Shown here: positions 18,297 through 26,151 of the stretch, piece by piece
Position numbering within the stretch: position 1 is the stretch's first letter
Layout: each line of letters starts with the position of its first letter
Origin: Planctomycetota bacterium
Lineage (GTDB): Bacteria > Planctomycetota > SZUA-567 > H5-PLA8
Assembly: GCA_045863855.1 (NCBI GenBank)
Contig: BTVV01000013.1
Coordinates: 9,294-73,293 of the forward strand
Length of the DNA: 64,000 nucleotides
Reading direction: 5' to 3'
Position numbers and translations under genes: made by a program
Notes under the pieces: generated by a model
Seen by the model: only the letters and a program-made list of their open reading frames with translations
Database searches by the model: none
Told to the model about the DNA's origin: nothing

Positions 18297-20006
18297 GTGA
18301 GCAAGGTTCTGGTAACGAGCGCGCTTCCGTACGCCAACGGCCGCGTGCATCTGGGTCACTTGGCCGGCGCCTACTTGCCTGCCGATATCTACGTTCGCTG
18401 GCGGCGGTTGAAAGGCGATGACGTGGTCTTCGTCTGCGGGAGCGACGAGCACGGCGTCCCGATTACCTTAAGTGCGCTGAAGCAAAATACAACGCCGCAG
18501 GCAGTGGTGGACGAGTATCATATCTCCAATGGAGCCGCCTTTGCCGCCGCCGACATCCGCTTCGATATCTGGAGCCGTACCAGTTCGCCCGAGCACCACG
18601 CGCTTGCCCAGCATTTCTTCAAAAAACTTCTGAGTAAAGGCTTCATCGATAAGCGCACGACCCAGCAATACTACAGCGAGCAGTCGAAGCTCTTTCTGCC
18701 AGACCGGTATGTGGAAGGGATCTGCCCGCGTTGCGGCAAGGACGGCGCGCGCGGAGACCAGTGCGACGCCTGCGGCGAGACCTACGACGTCACCGAACTA
18801 AAGGAACCGCGCTGCGCCTTGCCCGGCGACCGTTCCACGCCGGTGCTGAAGAACACCGACCATTGGTTCCTGAAGCTCGACGCATTTCAGAGCCGGCTCG
18901 AAGCGTACGTGGCGGAGCACGCCGAGGCAGGCGCGGAACCTTGGCGCCTGGGCACGCTGCGCGGTGCGCAAGGCTGGCTCAAGCAAGGTCTGCGCGCGCG
19001 CTGCATTACGCGGGACACCGAATGGGGCGTCAAAATTCCGCTGGCCGAGGCCGATGCCGCGGGGAAACGCCTGTACGTTTGGTTCGACGCGCCCATCGGG
19101 TACGTCACTTTTACGCAGCAACTTTTCGCGAGGCGCGGCGATCCCGAAGGCTGGCGCGCGTATTGGCAGGATCCCGAGTGCGCCATTTACAACTTCATCG
19201 GCAAAGACAACATTCCCTTCCATACAGTGATCTGGCCAGCCATGGAACTGGGCTACAACGACGAGCCGGATCCGGGCGAGCGTCCTTACAATCTGGCCGC
19301 GCAGGTGGTGGCGAATGAGTTTTTAAATTTCGGCGGCGAAAAGGGAAGCAAATCGAAAGGCAACGCGGTGGAGATCGCCGAGTTCGTCGATTTGTTCGGT
19401 GCCGATCCGCTCCGGTATTACCTGACTTCCATCGCCCCCGAAGAGAACGACAGCAACTTTACCTGGACCGATTTCGCGCAGCGTTACAACGGCGAATTGG
19501 CCGACGTCCTCGGGAATTTCGCGCACCGCACGCTGACCTTCACGCATAAATATTTTGACGGCCGCGTGCCGGAAGGAAGGCCGCCGGGAGAGGCCGAGGA
19601 GCGACTGCGCGCCGCCACCGATCACGCTTGCAAGGTATCCGCAGAGAGCCTGGACCGGTTACGCTTCAAGCAAGCGCTGGCCGCGGCCATCGACCTCGCG
19701 CGCGAAGGGAATCGCTATTTCGACGAAAGGGCGCCTTGGAAGCAGCGCAAGGACGACCTCGATGGCTGCGGCACGACCTTGCGCGTCTGCCTGAAAACCG
19801 CCGCCGCGCTGGGTCTGCTGCTGCGTCCGTTCCTGCCGGAGAGTTCGGCAAGATTACTAAGCTGTTTCGGCCTCGACCGCAACGCCGTGCACGCTCCGGG
19901 AACTGCGGCGCGCAACGCGCGGGAACTGGTTCTGCCCGGCCAGACGCTGGGCAAGCCCGAGGTATTGTTCAAAAAAGTGGAGCCCGACCAGCTTCCCGCG
20001 CACTAG
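18297..20006 (+). CDS. metG: methionine--tRNA ligase
   Basis: GTG start at 18297 with an AAGGAG ribosome-binding site. HLGH (HIGH) motif, KSKGN (KMSKS) motif and zinc knuckle CPRCG...CDACG. Confidence 0.9.
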   Translation: MSKVLVTSALPYANGRVHLGHLAGAYLPADIYVRWRRLKGDDVVFVCGSDEHGVPITLSALKQNTTPQAVVDEYHISNGAAFAAADIRFDIWSRTSSPEHHALAQHFFKKLLSKGFIDKRTTQQYYSEQSKLFLPDRYVEGICPRCGKDGARGDQCDACGETYDVTELKEPRCALPGDRSTPVLKNTDHWFLKLDAFQSRLEAYVAEHAEAGAEPWRLGTLRGAQGWLKQGLRARCITRDTEWGVKIPLAEADAAGKRLYVWFDAPIGYVTFTQQLFARRGDPEGWRAYWQDPECAIYNFIGKDNIPFHTVIWPAMELGYNDEPDPGERPYNLAAQVVANEFLNFGGEKGSKSKGNAVEIAEFVDLFGADPLRYYLTSIAPEENDSNFTWTDFAQRYNGELADVLGNFAHRTLTFTHKYFDGRVPEGRPPGEAEERLRAATDHACKVSAESLDRLRFKQALAAAIDLAREGNRYFDERAPWKQRKDDLDGCGTTLRVCLKTAAALGLLLRPFLPESSARLLSCFGLDRNAVHAPGTAARNARELVLPGQTLGKPEVLFKKVEPDQLPAH

Positions 20007-20012
20007 CGGCCC

Positions 20013-21365
20013 TTAAAGCTTCCCGGCTTCGGTCTTCGCCTTCTTGCCGATCGCCGTATCGGGGTACTTTTCGGCGACTTGCATGTAAAGCTGCTTCGCC
20101 ATATCGGGCGCGTTGTTGCGCAGGTAATTCTCCGCGCGCTTGAAGAGTTTCTCGGCTTCCGCCAACGACTGCGCGGCATTCACGCTGGGGTCCTGAGCCA
20201 TGCGCGTGGCCGCGGCTTCGGCCGGCGCTTTGGCTGGCGTATCGGCATACTCGTGCGCCACGCGCTTGTACGCTTCGAGCGCTAAGGTCAGCTTGCCGGA
20301 TTTCTCCAGCGCCTGCGCATCGGCCAGCGCCTTTTGCCCTTCGACGTTGCGTCCTTCCTGTTTGCGCTGCCGCGTCAACTCCGCCGTCTTGGGATCGTCC
20401 GCGATCTTCTGCGCTTCTTGCTTGGCCAACGCTTCGAAGCTCGTGCCGCGATAATCCCGCGCAAAGGCATGTAGCGCCTCCAGCGCATCGGGCCCCGCCT
20501 GGCCTTTGGCCTCGGCAAGTTTCGCGCCCAAGTCAGCCTTCAGCGTCTCCAGTAACTTCGCCGCTTCCTGGGCCGAAGCGCCGATTCCGCCGGAAGCCTC
20601 CTGCAAAGCTTGCTCGGCCGCTCCCCATTGCCTGCCTTCAAGGAGCCGCTTCGCCGCGGTGAGCTTCTCCGCGCCGCCACGGTCGCAGGCCGCGTCGAAG
20701 TGCTGCAGCATGCTCTCGATCTGGGCAGGCACGATCGTGTGCCCAATGTCCGGCTCTTCGTGTTTCAGGAAGACGTTCGCGGCTTTCAGAATTTCGACGG
20801 TGGAAGCGTAAATCCGGTGGTTCGGATCCTGCTTGCCGACCGAGTAGTAGATGGCCGTGGTCTTGGACGCCGGTTCGTAGACCGCAGGCTTGGTCCCGGG
20901 CGACAAGCCATGTGCCGTGCCGCCGAAGCAGGTGAAGTGCGCATGCTCTTTCTCCAGCGTCATGAAGCCGATCGCACAGCCTGCGGAATGCCCGGTCAGG
21001 AGCACGCGCGCGGCATCCACGTTGAAGTTTTTCTTCACGTCCTCCAAGGTCGCCACGATGCGCGCGATGTCGTCGCTGTTCCAGGTGTATCCAGGGCCGG
21101 CCTTGCTGCTCGCCTCCGGAACCGCCAAGATGCTCCCGCGCTTCTTTGCAAACCCCGTCCAGAACCGCGCGAAGTTCTCCGCCGTATCGCCTGCTCCGTG
21201 CAGCGCCACGATCACTTCGTGCTTTTTCTCGGGCTTGTATGGCTCGGGCAGTAACAACACATAATGTCCGCCCGCCGCCAAATCGCGCTTCTCCGCGCCT
21301 GCGGCAAACAAGTTAGCCGTAATCAAAAGCGCAAGAAGGAGTCCGCATTTCGTCCATAAACGCAT
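20013..21365 (-). CDS. secreted esterase/alpha-beta hydrolase with C-terminal TPR/coiled-coil region
   Basis: Signal peptide. GHSAG nucleophile motif. The Ala/Lys-rich helical C-terminus ends in a TPR-like repeat (AKQLYMQVAEKYPDTAIGKKAK). Confidence 0.6.
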   Translation of the reverse strand: MRLWTKCGLLLALLITANLFAAGAEKRDLAAGGHYVLLLPEPYKPEKKHEVIVALHGAGDTAENFARFWTGFAKKRGSILAVPEASSKAGPGYTWNSDDIARIVATLEDVKKNFNVDAARVLLTGHSAGCAIGFMTLEKEHAHFTCFGGTAHGLSPGTKPAVYEPASKTTAIYYSVGKQDPNHRIYASTVEILKAANVFLKHEEPDIGHTIVPAQIESMLQHFDAACDRGGAEKLTAAKRLLEGRQWGAAEQALQEASGGIGASAQEAAKLLETLKADLGAKLAEAKGQAGPDALEALHAFARDYRGTSFEALAKQEAQKIADDPKTAELTRQRKQEGRNVEGQKALADAQALEKSGKLTLALEAYKRVAHEYADTPAKAPAEAAATRMAQDPSVNAAQSLAEAEKLFKRAENYLRNNAPDMAKQLYMQVAEKYPDTAIGKKAKTEAGKL

Positions 21366-21512
21366 CGATCGATCCTCCGCTACAGGCTCGTACGATTAGA
21401 CGCGCTCCCAGCGCTTTGAGCGTGGGAATTCCGCATTCAATTAGAGCGAAGCCACCGGGAAATGCTGCCGTACGAGGGGCGGTTTGCGTTGCAATAAACT
21501 AAAGTACGGAAA

Positions 21513-22520
21513 TCAGCCGCCGATCCGGCTCATCGCCGAAGCCGGGATCTCATGCCACACTTTGTGCAGTTCGGGCTTGAGCGCCGCGGCTTGCCGGAAT
21601 GCGTTCACCAAGTCTGCCGTGGAGGCGCCGCCGCGCAGCAGGCTCTTCACTTCCACTCCGCCGCCGTCAAGCAAACAACTGCGCAATTCGCCGTTGGCGG
21701 TGAGGCGCAATCGGTCGCACTTAGCGCAAAACGGCGCGCTCATGGCGCTGATGAACCCCAGCCGCCCCGCCGCGCCGGGAATCCGCCAGACTTCCGCCGG
21801 GCCGCGCATCGAGTCGCCGACTTCCAAAGGTTCCAGCGTTCCGAAGCGCCGCCTCAGCCGCTCCTTCGTGACCGTGTTGGGTACGAAGCCGAAGCTTCCG
21901 CTGCCCAACGCGCAATCCTTCGCTTCCTGGAGCGGCATGTATTCGATGAAGCGCATATCCAGCGGACGCTCCAGCGTCATGGCCGCGAACGACTCGACTT
22001 CGTCGTCATTCAGTCCGCCCAGCACCACCATGTTGAGCTTGATCGGCGCCAAACCTGCGGATTGTGCCGCGGCGATGCCCTCCAGCACGTCCTCCAGCCG
22101 GCCGCGCCGAGCGATCTGAATGAACTTTTCAGGATTGAGCGTATCCAGCGATATGTTGATCCGCTTCAAGCCCGCCGCCTTCAGGTCCGCGGCGTATTTG
22201 CCCAGAAGCAACCCGTTGGTGGTCAGCGCCAAGTCGGTGATGCCCGGCACCCGCGCGATCATCCCCGCCAGCGTCGAGATTTCGCGCCGCGCCAGCGGCT
22301 CGCCGCCTGTCAGCCGGACCTTGTACACCCCCACCGCCGCCGCGGCTTCTACGATGGCAGCGATCTCTTCGTAGCTGAGAATTTCGTCCTTGGGCAGCCA
22401 CGCGACGCCTTCTTGGGGCATGCAGTAGACGCAGCGCAGATTGCAGACATCCGTGACGGAGACGCGCAAATAGGTGAAGCGCCGCCCGTAAGTATCCACG
22501 ACCGGAGCTGGCGAATCCAT
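21513..22520 (-). CDS. moaA: GTP 3',8-cyclase (molybdenum cofactor biosynthesis)
   Basis: Radical-SAM motif CNLRCVYC, GGEPL and a C-terminal second Fe-S cysteine cluster (CAKCDRLRLTANG). ATG at 22520 (MDSPAPV) is preferred over the upstream extension. Confidence 0.85.
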   Translation of the reverse strand: MDSPAPVVDTYGRRFTYLRVSVTDVCNLRCVYCMPQEGVAWLPKDEILSYEEIAAIVEAAAAVGVYKVRLTGGEPLARREISTLAGMIARVPGITDLALTTNGLLLGKYAADLKAAGLKRINISLDTLNPEKFIQIARRGRLEDVLEGIAAAQSAGLAPIKLNMVVLGGLNDDEVESFAAMTLERPLDMRFIEYMPLQEAKDCALGSGSFGFVPNTVTKERLRRRFGTLEPLEVGDSMRGPAEVWRIPGAAGRLGFISAMSAPFCAKCDRLRLTANGELRSCLLDGGGVEVKSLLRGGASTADLVNAFRQAAALKPELHKVWHEIPASAMSRIGG

Positions 22521-22624
22521 GACGGAGACCTCGGATGACGGTGCGCGGGAGCCGGACGCGCCGCGCCGCGCACGGAACCCTGGAAGTCTACTCCCCGCAT
22601 CACGCCACGCAACAGGGGCAAATC

Positions 22625-23014
22625 TCACACCGACGGGAGGGTGGTGGAGGATTCCTTGAAGACGTATTGGATCGCATTCAGCAATTCCGCGGTCTCGAAG
22701 GGCTTGCGGATGAATACGTACGCGCCGAAGTCGTGCGCGTGGGCCACATCCAGCGGCGAGAAGCGCGCCGTCATGACGATGACGGGAATCCGTGCGTATC
22801 CCAGGTCGCGCAGGCGCCTAAGCGTTTCGAAACCGTCCATCTCCGGCATCATGACATCCAGGAGCACCAGATCCACCCAGGGATCGCGACGCAGGAACTC
22901 GAGCGCCTCCAACCCATCGGAAGCTTCGTCGACCGTGTGCCCGTGCGACGAAAGCAGCCGTGTCAGGGCTTCGCGCACGTCCGCCTCGTCGTCAACGACC
23001 AGGATGCGTTTCAT
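22625..23014 (-). CDS. single-domain response regulator (receiver)
   Basis: 129 aa. Residues DDE...D...K match a CheY-like receiver (MKRILVVDDEADV...LLDVMMPEMDG...K). Its start overlaps the stop of the upstream hybrid kinase by 4 nt (ATGA). Confidence 0.8.
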   Translation of the reverse strand: MKRILVVDDEADVREALTRLLSSHGHTVDEASDGLEALEFLRRDPWVDLVLLDVMMPEMDGFETLRRLRDLGYARIPVIVMTARFSPLDVAHAHDFGAYVFIRKPFETAELLNAIQYVFKESSTTLPSV

Positions 23015-24564
23015 GGGCTGGACCCGCCTTCGTCTGGATTCCCGGAAGCGAGCGCCAGCAGCGCGGCCTGCAACGTTCCGAATCCGGGCAGCGTTTCTCC
23101 CAATCCCACTTCGTCCAGCACGCGGCGTATGCGCGGCGGCACGTGCAGCAGCACGATGCTGCCCGAAAGCGACTGCGCGATCGCACGCCATTCCACCAGA
23201 CTTCCAATGCCGCGGCTGTCGATCTTGGGGCACGATTCCAGATCGATGGCCAGGTGCGGGGACCAGTTGCGCATCACGCGGTGAGCGATCTCGGTGATGC
23301 CGTGGATCGTTTCGAGCGTCAGCGGTCCGGCCACGCAAAAGCGCACGCCAGGCCCGTAGCGGTCGGCCGAAACCTGCACCCCCGGCAGCGCCCAGGACTC
23401 GCGCTGTTCGCACTGGGGCAACAGCGCGGAGGCTTGCGCCAGCTCGAACGAAAAGACGCAACCTCCGCCGGGCTTGGTGGTCACGTTCATGCGCGACTGG
23501 TGCGCCTCCACCAGCCCTTTGGCGATGGGCAGACCCAGGCCGCTGCTGGTGCGTTGCCCGCGCGAACGCCGCCGGTTGATCTGATAATATGGAAGGAAGA
23601 TCTGTTCTTGGTCTTCGGAGTCCATGCCGATCCCGTTGTCGCGGACCCAAATGCGAACACGCGAGCCTTGGGTTTCCGCGCCGATCTGCACTTCCACCCC
23701 CGGCTCGTTGTGGACCAGCGCGTTGGAAACGAGGTTCGAAAGAACCTGGCCGATCATCTGCGGGTCGCATTGCACCCACAGCACGTCGCGGCGCAGGTCC
23801 GTGGTCAGGCGCGCCTGGCGCTGCCGGGCCAGCGGCCGCAGCAAATCCAAGGTCTCGAGCGCCAGCACGCCCAGATCCGTTTCCTGCAACTCGACGCGCA
23901 AACGGCCGGACTCGATGCGCGAGATGTCCAACACGTCGTTGATCAGCGTCCGCAGACGGTCCACGTTACGCCGCACCAGCCGCAGGTTTTCGAGGTAATC
24001 TTCGGCCGGCTCCTTCGGCGGCTTGTTTTCCATGAGCGCCAGCGCCACTTCCATGGCGGTCACGGGCGTGCGCAACTGATGCGATACGAAGGATACGAAC
24101 TCGTTCTTCAGCCGGTCCAATTCCTTGAGCCGCGCGTTCTGACCCAGCAACTGGCCCATCAGCTTTTTACGCTCGATCGCGTAACGCAGCGCGCGGCGCA
24201 ACAGGCGAATGTTGATGCGGCCCTTTTGAAGGCAATCCTGGGCGCCACGTTCGATGGCCTTCACCGCCAACTCGTCGGCGTCCCAGCCCGTGAGCACCAG
24301 GATCGGAAGGTGCGGGGCCACTTCCTGCACCGAGGAAATGGTGTCCAGTCCGCGAGAATCGGGCAGCGAAAGATCCAGTAAAACCACGTCGAAGCCCCGC
24401 TCGCGCATCTGGCGCACGGCATCGGCCAGCGTGCGCGCGGGCGTCACCTCGAAGACATCCTCTTCGTAACCGCCCAGCATCTGCTTGTACGTCTCAAGCT
24501 GAGCCGCGTCGTCTTCGACCAGGAGGACCTGAATCGGTGGAAGTGCTTCCATAAGCAGCCTCAC
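23011..24564 (-). CDS. hybrid sensor: receiver + HisKA + HATPase_c + C-terminal STAS (anti-sigma-antagonist-like) domain
   Basis: N-terminal REC (VLLVEDD...DLSLPD). H-box FVSFVSHQLRTP. N/G boxes NLVSNALVHN...DNGIGM...GLGL. The C-terminal ~110 aa resemble SpoIIAA/STAS. GTG 24564 or ATG 24552 are the candidate starts. Confidence 0.8.
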   Translation of the reverse strand: MRLLMEALPPIQVLLVEDDAAQLETYKQMLGGYEEDVFEVTPARTLADAVRQMRERGFDVVLLDLSLPDSRGLDTISSVQEVAPHLPILVLTGWDADELAVKAIERGAQDCLQKGRINIRLLRRALRYAIERKKLMGQLLGQNARLKELDRLKNEFVSFVSHQLRTPVTAMEVALALMENKPPKEPAEDYLENLRLVRRNVDRLRTLINDVLDISRIESGRLRVELQETDLGVLALETLDLLRPLARQRQARLTTDLRRDVLWVQCDPQMIGQVLSNLVSNALVHNEPGVEVQIGAETQGSRVRIWVRDNGIGMDSEDQEQIFLPYYQINRRRSRGQRTSSGLGLPIAKGLVEAHQSRMNVTTKPGGGCVFSFELAQASALLPQCEQRESWALPGVQVSADRYGPGVRFCVAGPLTLETIHGITEIAHRVMRNWSPHLAIDLESCPKIDSRGIGSLVEWRAIAQSLSGSIVLLHVPPRIRRVLDEVGLGETLPGFGTLQAALLALASGNPDEGGSSP

Positions 24565-24775
24565 TTCAAGTCAGTTCGGTATACGATACGGCCGAATATG
24601 CTTACTCATATAACGACAGCGCGAGGCAACGATTGGCCGCGCTTGGCAAAAGAAGTAAACCACGTGGTGCGCATCGGGTCAATCCGTTCGCTCCGGCAAA
24701 TTCACTCGGCGCGAAATCGATCCATTCCATCGATTGGCGGTAAACCTATTTACCGTGCGCGACACACCGCTTGCG

Positions 24776-26059
24776 TTAGCCGCCCGCGCGTTTTGCGTAC
24801 AACGGAGTTCGATCGAGCAACTCCGCGCGCGACAGGTCGCGGCTGCGGCCTTTACGCCGCGTGACCTTGCGCGGCGTGCCGTCGGGGTCGGTCACCTCGA
24901 CCACTTGCCCCGATTCGATAGATTCTTCCGCCGAAATGGCGATCACCGCGCCTTCGCGACCGGCCGCGAAATCCGTCAGCGGTTTGCGCCGCTCGTTGAT
25001 CGCCGCGACGAATTCGCGCAGCATCGCCGGATCGCCGCCTTGGTGCCCGCCCGGATCCATCTCGACCGTCTCGCGCATGACCTTTCCCGGCCGCAGCCGG
25101 AAGCTCACCGCGATCTCGGGCGCCCGGCCGTGGGGGCAGGACAGTTCGATCTGGCCTTTGGTGCCGATAAAGCAGAATTTCCGCTCGTAATCGGGGCTGA
25201 AATGGCATTCCGTGTACGAAAGCTTCGCGCCGCTTTCGTACAGCACGTTCACCACCGCGTTGTCGTTCACGTCGACTTCGCGGCTGTAAGCGCAGAAATC
25301 GGGTTTGCGTTGCGGCTTCTGGACATAGTCGAGCTGCACGAACCGTTCTTGCCGCTCGCTGCAATCCGCGAATTCGTCGCACTCGTGGCAGACTTTTCCC
25401 TCCGGCTCGTCGCCGCCGTAATAGTCGAGGCCGCCGAACGAATGCACCCGCGCGGCTTTCGAGCCGATCACCCAGGAGATGAAGTCGAGCGAGTGGCACC
25501 CCTTCTGGAGCAACAGACCGACCACCTTGTTCCGGCGGCTCATCCAGTGATGGAAGTAATACGTTCCGCCCACACTCACGTGGTCGATGCAATCGGCGCA
25601 CAGGATCTCGCCGATCATTCCGTTCGAGACCAATCGATGCACGCGCTGCATCGCGTTGTTGAAGCGCATGCACAAACCCACCATCTGAACCGTCTCGCGC
25701 TCCCCGGCGAACCCGTTCACCAGCCGGTCGCAGTCGGCGATGGAAATGGCCAGGGGCTTTTCCACGAGCAAATGTTTCTTGAACGGCTTGAGCGCCAGTG
25801 CGCAGTCGACGTGGGTGTCGTCGGTGGTCGCGATGAATGCGGCATCCACGTCCTCGCGCCGGCCTAGTTCTTCAAGACTTGCGGATGCCGTGGCCTCGGG
25901 GAATGCCTGCTTCGCGCGCTCGATTCCTGCCGTCGCCACGTCGTACAGCGCCGTTACGCGCGCCAGTTTCAGATGCTCTTGAAACTCCCGGCTGACTCCG
26001 ATGCCGCGCCCGCCGCAACCCACCAACGCCAAACGCAACGGACGTGATTCGTCGATCAT
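24776..26059 (-). CDS. Gfo/Idh/MocA family oxidoreductase
   Basis: Rossmann N-terminus LALVGCGGRG. The EKP motif is typical of the family. Confidence 0.8.
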   Translation of the reverse strand: MIDESRPLRLALVGCGGRGIGVSREFQEHLKLARVTALYDVATAGIERAKQAFPEATASASLEELGRREDVDAAFIATTDDTHVDCALALKPFKKHLLVEKPLAISIADCDRLVNGFAGERETVQMVGLCMRFNNAMQRVHRLVSNGMIGEILCADCIDHVSVGGTYYFHHWMSRRNKVVGLLLQKGCHSLDFISWVIGSKAARVHSFGGLDYYGGDEPEGKVCHECDEFADCSERQERFVQLDYVQKPQRKPDFCAYSREVDVNDNAVVNVLYESGAKLSYTECHFSPDYERKFCFIGTKGQIELSCPHGRAPEIAVSFRLRPGKVMRETVEMDPGGHQGGDPAMLREFVAAINERRKPLTDFAAGREGAVIAISAEESIESGQVVEVTDPDGTPRKVTRRKGRSRDLSRAELLDRTPLYAKRAGG

Positions 26060-26151
26060 GAACGGTCCCCTTAAGGTGTGTACTAGTGCGCTTAAGTATA
26101 CCTGCTTGGCTCAACTTTCGCCAATCGAGCACGCATATGCGAGAAGGTAAT

